This document shows, one piece after another, positions 47,769-58,275 of a stretch of 64,000 nucleotides of DNA. The translations under genes and the position numbers were made by a program. The notes beneath the pieces are model-generated. The model searched no databases, was not told the DNA's origin, and saw only the letters and a program-made list of their open reading frames with translations. Origin of the DNA: an uncultured Chloroflexia bacterium (GTDB lineage: Bacteria; Chloroflexota; Anaerolineae; CG2-30-64-16); assembly GCA_963810095.1 (NCBI GenBank), contig CAWEMM010000014.1:192001-256000 (forward strand), read 5' to 3'. The first letter of the stretch is position 1; each line of letters opens with the position of its first letter.

Positions 47769-48899
47769 ATGGATCAGAACGTTGAGCGATGCAACCTTTG
47801 CATCCTGCCCAAAACGAGTCAGTTTTGCTTTGACGAGCGCGGCATTTGTGCTCTGTGCATTGCCGCGGCCGAGACGCCTGCGGGCGAACAAGCCGCGCGT
47901 AATCCACTGCTTGACGATTACATCGAGAAGATCCGTCTTCGCGGCCGGGGACGCCCGTTCGACTGTGTAGTGGGGGTAAGTGGAGGCAGAGACAGTTCGT
48001 ATCTGCTTTACCTGTTGACTCGGAAGCATGGGTTGCGCTGTCTGGCGACCTACTACCGGACCCCCTTCACTTCCGATACAACGGACGCAAATGTCAAGCG
48101 TCTCACGAAAATCCTCGGCGTTCCCCTGGCCGAGTTGGCGGTCTCAAGCGATTACCATAGACGCATTGCCAAGGAGTTCACCGTTTTGTGGAGCGAGAAG
48201 CCTCAGCCTGTCATCGCGAACATGGCGTGTGCGCCGTGCAAGTTGATAAACCGCGAAGTTTTCCGGCTTGCCAGGGCGCAGGGTGTGAGCGCCGTGATCT
48301 ATGGCGGAAACCGGTTTGAATCGGTCCAGATAGCGCCGGGAGCTCCGGCCAACGAGACGATGACGACCAGTACTCTCGCCGCAAAGCAGTTCGCACTGGG
48401 TGGTCAGCTCCGGAAAGGGCTGCAGCTTACCCAAAAAGGCCTGGGGGCGCTGCGGATGTCGAGCGAGCTTTGGCGATACATTCCACTCGGCGTCCAGTCC
48501 TCCATCATGTACATCTGCCCGCACACCGCTTACTTGCGCTTCCGATACCCCAGCGTTTTCGCCTTCGAGTACTTCTGCTTTGGCGAATGGGATCAAGCCG
48601 AGAGCGAAAAAGCACTGGCTGAACTCCATTGGGAGCTGCCGCTCGGTTGCAACTCCACCTGGAAAAGCGATTGCTCCTTCGCGGAACTCAAGAACTACAT
48701 GTTCCGCAAAATGACGGGCATTACCTATATGGATGCCTTCCTTAGCAATATGGTGCGTGCCGGCGTGATCACCAGGGAGGAGGCGATAAAGCGCATTGAT
48801 GTCGAAGGACGAACGTCCGCGGTCCGACTTGCTGATGCGTGTGCGGCCATGGGCTTGCCGGGCGAGTTCTCCGGACCGTTGCTACGAGACGCCGGATAG
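47769..48899 (+). CDS. N-acetyl-sugar amidotransferase-like PP-loop protein (WbpG family)
   Basis: CNLCILP, FDERGICALC, DCVVGVSGGRDSSY, CAPC, DC, VRAGVITREEA. Confidence 0.85.
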   Translation: MDQNVERCNLCILPKTSQFCFDERGICALCIAAAETPAGEQAARNPLLDDYIEKIRLRGRGRPFDCVVGVSGGRDSSYLLYLLTRKHGLRCLATYYRTPFTSDTTDANVKRLTKILGVPLAELAVSSDYHRRIAKEFTVLWSEKPQPVIANMACAPCKLINREVFRLARAQGVSAVIYGGNRFESVQIAPGAPANETMTTSTLAAKQFALGGQLRKGLQLTQKGLGALRMSSELWRYIPLGVQSSIMYICPHTAYLRFRYPSVFAFEYFCFGEWDQAESEKALAELHWELPLGCNSTWKSDCSFAELKNYMFRKMTGITYMDAFLSNMVRAGVITREEAIKRIDVEGRTSAVRLADACAAMGLPGEFSGPLLRDAG

Positions 48900-48914
48900 G
48901 ACTGGGGGTATCTG

Positions 48915-50630
48915 ATGGCTTATTCCAGGCACCTGCACGGCTTCTCTCGGTTTGCGGGAGGACTGGTTCTCGCGGTGGTCACCACGGCGTGCGGTGTCGC
49001 CTGGCCTGCTTACCCCCCTCTGGGCCTGTCTACGGCCCATCAGCCGATCGAGGTGGGCTCGCGGCCCCAGATCAGCCTGCTTGCCCAGCGCGCCCTACCG
49101 CCCCAGGGTCTCTACGAAAGCTGTTTGCCAGACGAACCGGGCTGCCTGGATGAGTTGGACAAGATGGCAGCAGGCGGCTTTCGCTTGATCTTGAATGATG
49201 GGCTGCGGTACGGGTACAGTGCCAAGGCCATCCGGGCGTATGCGGACCGTGCAAACGCTCTCGGAATGATGGTGATTCTGCCGGTGAAGTACTTCCCCGA
49301 ATGGGACACGGACGGCCAGTACCTGGTGAAGAAGTTCCCGGAGCTGGCATCGGAAGCCGGCTGCACCAGTAACAAGTGCTTTCTGGCCTACTACATCGGC
49401 ATTCTCAGGGACCATCCGGCACTCTGGGGCTACTACATGGCTGACGAGATCGGCCCTGAGTACCATGACGGCTTGAAGATCTACTCCGACTTCGTCAGTG
49501 CCCTCGACTCTGGCCACCCCCGCCTCATCGTCGAACCCGGCACCAACGATCCGATGGAGATCTTCTTTACTTTCCATTCCTATATGCGTGATACCACCGA
49601 AGTTTTGGGTGCAACCAACTTCCCGTACGGTTATATCGATCTGAACCGCAGCCTTACGAGATACACAGGAGAAAGCGCCAGGATGCTGCAGGCCTGGTCT
49701 CGCGACCTCGGCCTCAAGCACACGATCGTGCTACAGGCATTCGCGCACCCACAGGTAGCCGATGTCGACCGGCTTTGCTCTCCCTGGCCTGCGTGTGCTC
49801 CATTTCCCAACTATGAGCAAATGAGAGCCCAGCGCGATCAAGCGTTGACGTATTCGAATCCAGAAATGATCCTGTGGTTCTACTATCGTTACATCCTCAG
49901 CTCCGACAACCCGGACGCGCATTGGCGCGATCTCGTGAGTGCCGCCTTCGCCTCGCTTCCGGAACCCGTTGCCACGCCGACCCCTCGCCCCCAGCATTGC
50001 GCACCGGGCTGGACTGGCGCGGACGTGGGCCAGCCAAGTCTCCAGGGCGATCAGAGCCTGGAGGGCGACGTGTGGACCGTCGACGGATCAGGATGGGATA
50101 TCTGGTCGGATATCCGCGAGAAGGCGGATCAGTTTCGCTACGTCTGGCGCGAATCCAGAGGCAACGGTGAACTGCTCGGCCGCATCGTGGCACAGGCGGA
50201 TACAGGTGACGCGGCCAAAGCGGGTCTCATGTTCCGAAAGACCGTTGACCCCGTCTCGCCCTATTATGCTGTGATCATGACACCCCACCAGGGTCTTCAT
50301 GTGCAGTATAGATCGCGTTACGACGAGGATCCAATCAGTGTTGCCTTGGGTCCGGCAACCCTCCCCGTGAGCGTGAGGGTGGTGAGGGCTGGCACGAGCT
50401 ACAGCACCTATGTGTCCAACGGCGAAGCCCAGTGGTCCTTAATGCCCGGTACCACTGTCGATCTGCCAGCGCTCAGGGGGGTGGTCATGGCGGGGCTCGC
50501 GGTGACCTCGGGCAATCCTGCTTCGCTTTCCGAGGCGCGATTCGAGGACGTACTGCTCGTGCCTGCACACCGGCTTTGGTTGCCCGCCATGACTGCGGCT
50601 CAAGACCGTGACTGGGAGCGCGACGAATGA
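48915..50630 (+). CDS. Exported glycoside-hydrolase-like barrel plus C-terminal ConA/DUF1349-like domain
   Basis: Hydrophobic N-terminus ending TTAC; DHPALWGYYMADE; PTP linker; GSGWDIW..ADQFRYVW..AKAGLMFR..GLAVTS. Confidence 0.7.
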   Translation: MAYSRHLHGFSRFAGGLVLAVVTTACGVAWPAYPPLGLSTAHQPIEVGSRPQISLLAQRALPPQGLYESCLPDEPGCLDELDKMAAGGFRLILNDGLRYGYSAKAIRAYADRANALGMMVILPVKYFPEWDTDGQYLVKKFPELASEAGCTSNKCFLAYYIGILRDHPALWGYYMADEIGPEYHDGLKIYSDFVSALDSGHPRLIVEPGTNDPMEIFFTFHSYMRDTTEVLGATNFPYGYIDLNRSLTRYTGESARMLQAWSRDLGLKHTIVLQAFAHPQVADVDRLCSPWPACAPFPNYEQMRAQRDQALTYSNPEMILWFYYRYILSSDNPDAHWRDLVSAAFASLPEPVATPTPRPQHCAPGWTGADVGQPSLQGDQSLEGDVWTVDGSGWDIWSDIREKADQFRYVWRESRGNGELLGRIVAQADTGDAAKAGLMFRKTVDPVSPYYAVIMTPHQGLHVQYRSRYDEDPISVALGPATLPVSVRVVRAGTSYSTYVSNGEAQWSLMPGTTVDLPALRGVVMAGLAVTSGNPASLSEARFEDVLLVPAHRLWLPAMTAAQDRDWERDE

Positions 50631-51298
50631 GTGGCAGAGCGCCGGTTGTCGAACTTGTAGGACCGCCGGGCGCCGGTAAGACGACGCTCACACAACTGTT
50701 GCTCGCGAAGCGTGCGGACCTAAGAGTCGAAACCTGGCCGTATTTCAGAAGGCTTCGGGACGACGCATTCTTTGTACGCAGCGGGGTGAGCTTGTTTCCA
50801 GTGCTTCTTCGTCTCCGCAGCGACCACCGCAATGGCTGGTTACGCCCTCGTGACGCCGCGCTAATGGCCATTCTGCAGCGTTGGGATCGTGAGCTCGAGC
50901 GCATGGCGGTGAGGGGTGGCAAGGTCATCATCCTAGAAGAAGGGGCAATTTGTCTGCTAGCGAAACTGCGGGCGTTTGGTGCTGAGGGGCTCAAGGCAGC
51001 AGCCGCGGCGCAGTGGTGGGAAGAGACGTACCGGCGTTGGGCAAGCACGCTTGATTTGATCATCGTGCTTGAGGCATCCATCCCCACGTTGCTTGCGCGC
51101 ATTCGGGGCCGCGAGCAGCAATATGAAATCGGCACCATGACCGACCAGGAGGCGGTGAGATACCTAAACCAAATCGACGCGGCGGAGCGAGCGGTGCTTG
51201 CCGGGTTGTCGGCGGTGCCGCACGGTCCAGAGATCCGCCATTTTGACACTGAGGCGCGCCGCCTGGATCACGTTGACATTCCGAGAATGGTGCGTTAA
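50627..51298 (+). CDS. P-loop nucleotide-kinase-like protein
   Basis: VELVGPPGAGKTT, IILEEG, LLARIRGR. Confidence 0.75.
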   Translation: MSGRAPVVELVGPPGAGKTTLTQLLLAKRADLRVETWPYFRRLRDDAFFVRSGVSLFPVLLRLRSDHRNGWLRPRDAALMAILQRWDRELERMAVRGGKVIILEEGAICLLAKLRAFGAEGLKAAAAAQWWEETYRRWASTLDLIIVLEASIPTLLARIRGREQQYEIGTMTDQEAVRYLNQIDAAERAVLAGLSAVPHGPEIRHFDTEARRLDHVDIPRMVR

Positions 51299-52620
51299 TG
51301 GACACCTTTCTGACCGACATGCTGAATCGGCTTGGTCCGCTGGACATCGTATTGTTGCTCGTCGGGGGCATAGTGCTGCTTTACCTCGCCTTATCGAACC
51401 GGGTGCTCCCATTGATGTTCATGCTGATCCTAAGTGCATCACTGGTCACGAGCACGATCCCGATTATCGAGAATGTCGCTTCGCTTCTCCGATGGCTTTG
51501 CGTGCTTCTGTTGCTGGTGGCCGGGCTGTTGTTCAGCAAGGTCCAGTTATCGGTAGGCACCCTCCTTTTCTGGGGCTATGTCTTCTTCGGACTTGCCGCG
51601 ATGATTCAGGCCCTCTCCATCACGTGGCAGCTTCAACGCGGCCTATTGCTCTTGCTCGTGGCGACGGCCGTCCCCATCGTATACGGCGCCAGGTCGTACG
51701 CCACGCATCGTGCTACCCTAGTCGCGACCGCAGTCGCGGGAGCCATGTTCGGTATCCTGAACGCCGTCGCTCTCCCATCCCAACTCAGCAGCGTAGGCAG
51801 GTCCATTGGCTTCGCCCAAACCGCGCCCGGGCTTACTGTCGCTATGGGCAGCCTGTTGCCATTCGTGTTCTGGGGGTTTTGGAATGTGAGGACCCTAGTC
51901 GTACGAGTGTTTTTCGGGATTGGTTTTCTGGCTGGTGTCGCAACGCTGGTTCTTAGTGGGCAGCGGGCCGGCACCCTTGCCGGCATTGTCAGCGTCATCC
52001 CGATGGTGTTCATGCTCGTGCGCCGAAAGCAGAGCAGCGCACAACTGGTGCTGCTTCTTATCGTCCTAGCGGTGCTCGGCCTCGTCGTGATACAGAATAC
52101 CAACCCGGAAAAGATCAATTATGTACTCAACAGGTACCGGCCCGATACGGGCCTAACGAATAGGGACTGGCTGTGGAGCATTGCTTACTCCGAGATCTCG
52201 AAAAACCCTCTTTTCGGGCAAGGCATCGGAGCGGCTGAGTCGGTCATTCTCGCGAGCTTTCACAACGCTTATCTAGAAGTCTGGTTTAATGCGGGGTTTA
52301 TTGGTCTGGCCCTGTTCATTGCTTCCCAGCTCTATCTCTTGTTCCGGATACGATGCCTTAGCCGCATCCTGCCGGGCCCCGAGGCGCAGTCCATTCTGGC
52401 GCTTGCCCTCGGCTACCTGATGGGCTTTGTCTTGCTCTGCATTGTGGAGAGCGTTGGTGCGGGAGCCAGTAACCTGAGTCTGATACTCTTTCTGTACCTG
52501 GGTACGCTTGTGTCGGGGCACGCCCTCTTCGGCATCCCTGGTTGTGGAGCCGGGATGCCGACTGCCACGCGTACGAATTCCAGCGTTGCGTGGGACGTTC
52601 CTACTGCCATAACATCCTGA
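51298..52620 (+). CDS. wzy: O-antigen polymerase/ligase family membrane protein (Wzy)
   Basis: Multi-TM; LSGQRAG, NRDWLW, PLFGQGIG, HNAYLEVWFNAGFIGL. Confidence 0.85.
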   Translation: MDTFLTDMLNRLGPLDIVLLLVGGIVLLYLALSNRVLPLMFMLILSASLVTSTIPIIENVASLLRWLCVLLLLVAGLLFSKVQLSVGTLLFWGYVFFGLAAMIQALSITWQLQRGLLLLLVATAVPIVYGARSYATHRATLVATAVAGAMFGILNAVALPSQLSSVGRSIGFAQTAPGLTVAMGSLLPFVFWGFWNVRTLVVRVFFGIGFLAGVATLVLSGQRAGTLAGIVSVIPMVFMLVRRKQSSAQLVLLLIVLAVLGLVVIQNTNPEKINYVLNRYRPDTGLTNRDWLWSIAYSEISKNPLFGQGIGAAESVILASFHNAYLEVWFNAGFIGLALFIASQLYLLFRIRCLSRILPGPEAQSILALALGYLMGFVLLCIVESVGAGASNLSLILFLYLGTLVSGHALFGIPGCGAGMPTATRTNSSVAWDVPTAITS

Positions 52621-52650
52621 TCGTTCGCTCCGCCAGAAGGTAGGCTGAGG

Positions 52651-54150
52651 ATGGCTACGGTCCTTACAGTGTCAGGGGAGGCGGCCCAGCCCGACGCCAG
52701 GGCTTCCCTGGTCCGCCACTCCGCGCGTTCGGTAAAGTGGTCCCTCCTCTACAATCTTGTGCCGCGCCTCGTTACGCCGTTCTCCACCATGGTTCTGGCC
52801 GCCATCTTGACGCCCGACGACTTCGGACTTGTGGCAATTTCTACGTTCGTAATCGCCCTGGCGCGTATCGTCGTAGATCTGGGCTTGGGCAAGACGGTGA
52901 TTCAGCGCCAGACGAACGTAGACGAGGCCGCCTCGGTTTCGTTCTGTGTAGGCCTGCTCATCTCAGCCGTCCTCTACCTCGGCCTCTGGGTTGCCGCGCC
53001 TGCCATTTCCGCAGCCTACCATAACGCGAACGTCACCGCCGTGATCAGAACGTCTGCCTTGTCGCTGCCGCTGATGGCCGTGGCCACCATTCCGAAGGCA
53101 CTATTGAAGCGGGACATGCGCTTCCGCAGCCTGTTCTGGGTCAATTCTTCTTTCCTGATTGTGCAGTCGATTGCCTCGCTGGCACTGGCGCTGGCTGGTT
53201 TCGGCTACTGGGCACTCATTCTCGGGCAACTCATCGGTATGCTCATTAGCTCCGGACTGGCCTGCATAACGGCGCATCCGCGATTCGACTTCGTCCTCAG
53301 TTGGCCCGTTCTGCGGTCGCTGTTGGGATTCAGTGTCTGGGTGATGGTATCAGGTTTTCAGAGCTGGTTATTTCTGTACTCCGACAACGCGATCGCCGGG
53401 CTGTTCCTCGGCGTTCGCGAGTTGGGCATCTACGCACTTGGGTTCAGCGTGGCGGTCCTGCTGCCTGGGCTCGTCGAGGCCTCGCTCGGAGATGTGGCAT
53501 ATCCGGCGTTCTGCAAGCTTCAAGCGTCGCCTCGCGAGGTCGGCAAGAGCCTAGTTAAGCTTCAGACCTTGACACTCGCCGGGCTCCTCCCGGTGGCCAG
53601 CGCGGTTTCGGCCCTTGCTCCATCCGTTGCGGCCGGATTGTATGGGCCGAAATGGGCAGGTCTCGGTGCAGTCATCTCCGTCCTGGTGATTATGCCGGGG
53701 CTAATCTGCATCTGGGCGTTGAACGAGAACGCATACCAGGCCGTCGGCCGGCCAGATGTGGCGCCTAAGCTCGCCGCAATCTCGCTCTTGGTGCTCTTGC
53801 CTGCCCTATGGCTCGTGGCTCCACATGGTCTGGTGGCATTCACATTCGCTCGCTTTGCCGCCGCGTGGATTTTACCGCTGGGTAATATGCTGGTTACTGC
53901 TCGAATGTTCGGTGTTGGACTCGCAGACCAACTGAAGAGGATCGTCAGGCCCTCGCTGTATGCGATCGTCATGTACCTGTTCATTTGGCTCCTGGTTCAG
54001 CAAATCGGCCCGCTGACCAGTGCGGTGGACTGGCTGAAGCTTGGCCTCGTCACTGCCGCGGGCGGACTGCTGTATCTGTTCCTGATCTGCATAGGTAGTC
54101 GCGGTTTGTGGAATGAGCTTCGCTTCGGCGCCCGCCAGGTTCTGTCGTGA
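52651..54150 (+). CDS. wzx: Polysaccharide flippase (WzxC-like)
   Basis: AILTPDDFGLVA, DLGLGKTVIQ, GFGYWALILGQ, LGIYALG, YPAFCKLQ. Confidence 0.9.
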   Translation: MATVLTVSGEAAQPDARASLVRHSARSVKWSLLYNLVPRLVTPFSTMVLAAILTPDDFGLVAISTFVIALARIVVDLGLGKTVIQRQTNVDEAASVSFCVGLLISAVLYLGLWVAAPAISAAYHNANVTAVIRTSALSLPLMAVATIPKALLKRDMRFRSLFWVNSSFLIVQSIASLALALAGFGYWALILGQLIGMLISSGLACITAHPRFDFVLSWPVLRSLLGFSVWVMVSGFQSWLFLYSDNAIAGLFLGVRELGIYALGFSVAVLLPGLVEASLGDVAYPAFCKLQASPREVGKSLVKLQTLTLAGLLPVASAVSALAPSVAAGLYGPKWAGLGAVISVLVIMPGLICIWALNENAYQAVGRPDVAPKLAAISLLVLLPALWLVAPHGLVAFTFARFAAAWILPLGNMLVTARMFGVGLADQLKRIVRPSLYAIVMYLFIWLLVQQIGPLTSAVDWLKLGLVTAAGGLLYLFLICIGSRGLWNELRFGARQVLS

Positions 54151-55385
54151 GGGATGGGGCAATGTTACCGCAGAGGATAGTTCTGATACACCCGTTTCTC
54201 TTGCACTACCACTTCGCTCGCCTGCAGGCGTTGTCCGACGCGTGCCGCAAGACCGGCAGTTCCGTGTACAGTCTGGAACTCGCGAGTTTTTCGGATCAGT
54301 ACCGGTCGCTTGCCCAGGATCAGACGGGTCGTTTCGACAATCGAGTTTTGTTTCCCGGGAGAAGCTTCGAGGAGTTGTCAACGGGTGAGGCGTGGGAGCG
54401 AGTAAAAGAAGAGTTGATGTTGCTAAAGCCGGACGTTGTTTTCATATATGGTTACTGCCTGGGTGTGATGCGGAGGACGGCGTTCTGGGCGCTACGGAAT
54501 GGAGTGGGCATCGTCGTAATCGGCGACAGTAACGAGTTTGACCGCCCCAGGCACAGCGCGCTCCAGTGGGCAAAGCGGCAGTTCATCTCGAGGATGGACG
54601 CGGCGTTCGTGGGAGGCACGAGCTCCGCTCAGTACCTCCAGGCGCTCGGCCTGCCGTTCGAACGTGTGATTCCCGGATATGATGTGGTAGATAACGAAGT
54701 TTTCCGCCGGTGTGCAGAGGAGAACTGGCCCATGCGCTCCGTTATCCGTGCGCAACGGGCGCTTCCAAGCAAGTACTTCCTCTTCGTGGGAAGACTTATC
54801 CCCGAGAAGAACCTCAATAGGTTGCTGCAGGCATACGAGTGGTACGCCGGGCTGCTGACGACCGAAGAAGAGCCGTGGGGCCTTGTCATCTGCGGTAGCG
54901 GCCCCCTGGAGGAAGAGCTACGGCTTTCCATTGATGCTATGCCGCAGCGACTGCAGGCTCGGATCCAATTGCGCGGCATGATCAGGCAAGCGGAAACGGC
55001 TGATTTCTACTCCTGTGCCTCCTGTCTTCTGCTTCCCAGTACTTATGAAACATGGGGCCTTGTCGTCAACGAAGCGATGGCCTGCAAGTTGCCGGTGCTC
55101 GCGTCGCGGCGGGCCGGCTGCGCGGCAGACCTGGTCAAGGACGGCGTAACCGGGTGGCTGTGCGATCCCTACGACACGGCCGAGATGGCACGGTTGATGG
55201 CCAACGTGCATCAGCTAGACCCTTCGGCTCGCGACGCCGTCGGTGAGAGGGCACAACAGGTGATCGGCCAATGGGGTCTGGAAAAGTTTTCGACCGGTGC
55301 CCTGAAGTGCGCCCAGGTGGCCGCGAGTCGGCACGCGGCCCGAGGGCGGAAGGAGGCGTTCAGAAGTGAATCAGCAGGCACGTGA
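54147..55385 (+). CDS. Glycosyltransferase family 4
   Basis: FLFVGRLIPEKN, LPSTYETWGLVVNEAMACKLPV. Confidence 0.92.
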   Translation: MRDGAMLPQRIVLIHPFLLHYHFARLQALSDACRKTGSSVYSLELASFSDQYRSLAQDQTGRFDNRVLFPGRSFEELSTGEAWERVKEELMLLKPDVVFIYGYCLGVMRRTAFWALRNGVGIVVIGDSNEFDRPRHSALQWAKRQFISRMDAAFVGGTSSAQYLQALGLPFERVIPGYDVVDNEVFRRCAEENWPMRSVIRAQRALPSKYFLFVGRLIPEKNLNRLLQAYEWYAGLLTTEEEPWGLVICGSGPLEEELRLSIDAMPQRLQARIQLRGMIRQAETADFYSCASCLLLPSTYETWGLVVNEAMACKLPVLASRRAGCAADLVKDGVTGWLCDPYDTAEMARLMANVHQLDPSARDAVGERAQQVIGQWGLEKFSTGALKCAQVAASRHAARGRKEAFRSESAGT

Positions 55386-56010
55386 AGCGCCCTGGAAGGT
55401 CTGGAACGAAATCCTCCGCCTCTTGGCTTATCCGGCGGTGCGCTTGCTATTTGCCTGGAACGGAATCGCGTGGGGCCAGGGATGGCGCTTCTACGGGGTC
55501 CCCATCATTCAGAAGCACCGACGGAGCTCCATGCACTTCGGGCCCGGTCTTCAGTTGCGATCGTCGCTGCGTTCGAACCCGTTGGGTCCCAACCATCCGG
55601 TAATGCTCGTCACATGGCGCAAGGGCGCGTCAATCGACGTCGGCGCGGATTTTCACATGACCGGCGGAACCCTGTGTGCCGCCGAGCGCATCAGCATTGG
55701 CAATCGTGTGGCGGTGGGGGCCAATACCACCATTGTCGATACAGACTTTCATCCCCTGGATGTGGAGGGTCGCAGAACCGACGCGGCGGCCGGTAAGTGT
55801 GCGGCTGTCATCATCGAGGATGACGTGTTCATCGGCATGAATTGCCTGGTGTTGAAAGGGGTCCATATCGGGCGCGGAAGTGTGATTGGCGCGGGCAGCG
55901 TGGTGACGAGTGACGTGCCGCCAGGGGTCATCGTGGCAGGCAATCCGGCCCACGTAGTGCGTCCGCTGGGTGCAAGGCCAGTCCGAGAGGAATGGCTTGT
56001 CGCGGCGTGA
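55366..56010 (+). CDS. Hexapeptide-repeat O-acyltransferase
   Basis: IVDTDFH, IIEDDVFIG, LKGVHIGRGSVIGAGSVV, AGNPA. Confidence 0.92.
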   Translation: MNQQAREAPWKVWNEILRLLAYPAVRLLFAWNGIAWGQGWRFYGVPIIQKHRRSSMHFGPGLQLRSSLRSNPLGPNHPVMLVTWRKGASIDVGADFHMTGGTLCAAERISIGNRVAVGANTTIVDTDFHPLDVEGRRTDAAAGKCAAVIIEDDVFIGMNCLVLKGVHIGRGSVIGAGSVVTSDVPPGVIVAGNPAHVVRPLGARPVREEWLVAA

Positions 56011-56024
56011 GCGGAGATAAGACG

Positions 56025-57266
56025 ATGCACATCATGTTCATGGCCCAATGCTACGCACCCGAAGATGTCAGCGCGGCGGTGCTGATCGCCGAACTCGCGA
56101 CGGACCTGGTGAAGCGCGGCCATGCGGTGACGTTTGTTACCGGTGCGCCCAACTACCCGGCCGGCCGTGTCTTCGAGGGTTACCGCAACCGCCCCTACCA
56201 GGTTGAGTGGCTGGACGGGGTGCGGGTTGTGCGCACCTGGAGCTACATCTCGCCCTCAAAGGCCCTTTGGCCCCGTCTGTTTCACTATGGCAGCTACAGT
56301 GCAACTGCGTTTTATGGCGGGCTGTTTGCCGGAAGACCCGACGTGATCGTCAGCTACTCGCCGCCCCTGCCCCTTGGCCTGTCGGCCTGGCTGTTGAGCC
56401 GGCTGTGGCACGTGCCGTGGGTCCTGGAATTGGAAGACCTCTACCCGGACGCGGCCGTGGCCGCTGGCGTCCTGCGTAACCAATCCCTGATCCGGTTCTT
56501 CTCGGCCATGGAAAGGTTCGAGTACAGGGCCGCGAGCCGTATCTCGGTCATTGCAGAGAATTTCCGGCAGATCCTGCTTGCGAAAGGCGTGCAGGGCGCG
56601 AAGATCACGGTTATCCCGGTCTGGGCCGACCCCGAATTCGTGCGACCGCTGCCCAAAACCAACGGCTTCCGGCACGCCCTGGGATTATCGGACGAACTGG
56701 TGGTGATGTACGCAGGCAATCTCGGCCTGACCTCCTGCCTGGAGGATGTGCTCTCGGCGGCCGGCCTCGTGCAGGATGCACCGCACATCCGCTTTGTGAT
56801 TGTCGGGGAAGGCGTGAGAAGGGCGTATCTGGTGGCAGCGGCACAACGCGCTGGCCTGAGCAACGTTACTTTCCTGCCATACCAGCCCCGCGAGGTCTTC
56901 CCGCAAATGTTGGCGGCTGCGGACGTGGGCCTTGTGACCCTCAACCAGGGATCCGCCAATTCCTCCTTGCCCAGCAAAATCTTCAACGTCATGGCCAGCG
57001 CCCGGCCAGTTCTCGCCGTTGCGCCGCCCGCCAGCGAAATTGCTCACCTGGTGGAAGCTGCCCATTGCGGGCTCGTCGTGCCGCCCGGGCGTCCTGAGCT
57101 GCTTGCCGCGGCATTGCGCGACCTCGACGCGCAGCCGGCCCAACTCGAAGAAATGGGCCGCAATGGCCGCACTCAGCTTGAAGAACACTTCTCACGTGGG
57201 CGCTGCGTGGAGCTCTACGAGAGCATGCTGGCGGCGGTCTGCCGGCGAGAAGGTGCTCAGACATGA
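56025..57266 (+). CDS. Glycosyltransferase family 4 (WcaI/WbuB-like)
   Basis: YAPE, PNYP, SPPL, EDLYPD, MYAGNLG, SLPSKIFNVMASARPVL. Confidence 0.92.
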   Translation: MHIMFMAQCYAPEDVSAAVLIAELATDLVKRGHAVTFVTGAPNYPAGRVFEGYRNRPYQVEWLDGVRVVRTWSYISPSKALWPRLFHYGSYSATAFYGGLFAGRPDVIVSYSPPLPLGLSAWLLSRLWHVPWVLELEDLYPDAAVAAGVLRNQSLIRFFSAMERFEYRAASRISVIAENFRQILLAKGVQGAKITVIPVWADPEFVRPLPKTNGFRHALGLSDELVVMYAGNLGLTSCLEDVLSAAGLVQDAPHIRFVIVGEGVRRAYLVAAAQRAGLSNVTFLPYQPREVFPQMLAAADVGLVTLNQGSANSSLPSKIFNVMASARPVLAVAPPASEIAHLVEAAHCGLVVPPGRPELLAAALRDLDAQPAQLEEMGRNGRTQLEEHFSRGRCVELYESMLAAVCRREGAQT

Positions 57267-58260
57267 ACGCCGAGATTTTTGCCGAATGGCTGCGCCGCCA
57301 GGGCCATCGGGTGATCCGCAGCGCGAGCAGCTACTGGTACGATGCCGGCCCGCGGGTGTTCCAGGCCTTCCCGTACCACTGGCTAGATCGAGCCTTCGGC
57401 GGCCGAACTGCGCAGACTCACGCTCGGCCACGGGGTTGCGGCCCTCCGCTATTCGACGCCGTTGAGCGCGCCGCTCGGCATGGTCAGTTACCACGTCGTG
57501 CTGCACCGGCCCTACACCCTGGAGGGGCTGCGCGCACAGGCCAGGAACGGGGTGCGCCGCGGGCTGACAAGCTGTCGGGTCGAACAGATCTCGTTCGAGC
57601 GGCTTGCCGTCGAGGGCTGGAGCCTGCAGGCGGACACGCTCGAACGCCAGGGCCGCACGCAATCGATGCGCCAGGCCGAGTGGGAGCGTATCTGCCGGGC
57701 CGCAGAGGGCTTGCCCGGGTTCGAAGCCTGGGCCGCTGTCCACGGTGACGAACTGGCCGGGGCCATGCTGACTGCACAGATTGGTGATACGTGGTGTGTC
57801 CCCTACGCGCTTAGCCACTCCAAGTATCTGCGCGAGCACGTCAATAACGCGCTGTTCTTCACGGTCAGCAGTAACCTGCTCGCCCGAGAAGGGGTGGCGG
57901 GCATCTTCTTCACCCTGCAGTCGCTCGACGCGCCAGAGAGCGTCGACGAATTCAAGTTCCGGATGGGCCTGACCCCCATTCCAGTGCGCCAGCGGGTGGT
58001 CTTTAATCCCTGCCTTCAGCCGTTTGCCCGGCCTCGGACACATGCACTTGCTGGCCGAGCGGCTTGCCCGCGACCCCGGCAATCCGCTCCTTGCGAAGGC
58101 CGAAGGGATGCTCCGCTTCTACCTGCTGGGCCGTCGCCCGAGTGATGACCAGGCTTGGCCAGCCTGCCTGACCGAATACCGGAATCCGTCGACCGAGCCG
58201 GCAGTGCACAGCGTTACTCCGGCCCGCCCGAGCGAACCGGAGCCTGCCGGGGCGGCATGA
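57263..58260 (+). CDS. GNAT/FemAB-like acyltransferase (two apparent frameshifts near 57395 and 58055)
   Basis: MNAEIFAEWLRRQGH...FPYHW, then QARNGVRRGL...VNNALFF...SVDEFKFRMG, then KAEGMLRFYL in successive frames. Confidence 0.7.
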
Positions 58261-58275
58261 GAGGAGTTGCTTGCC

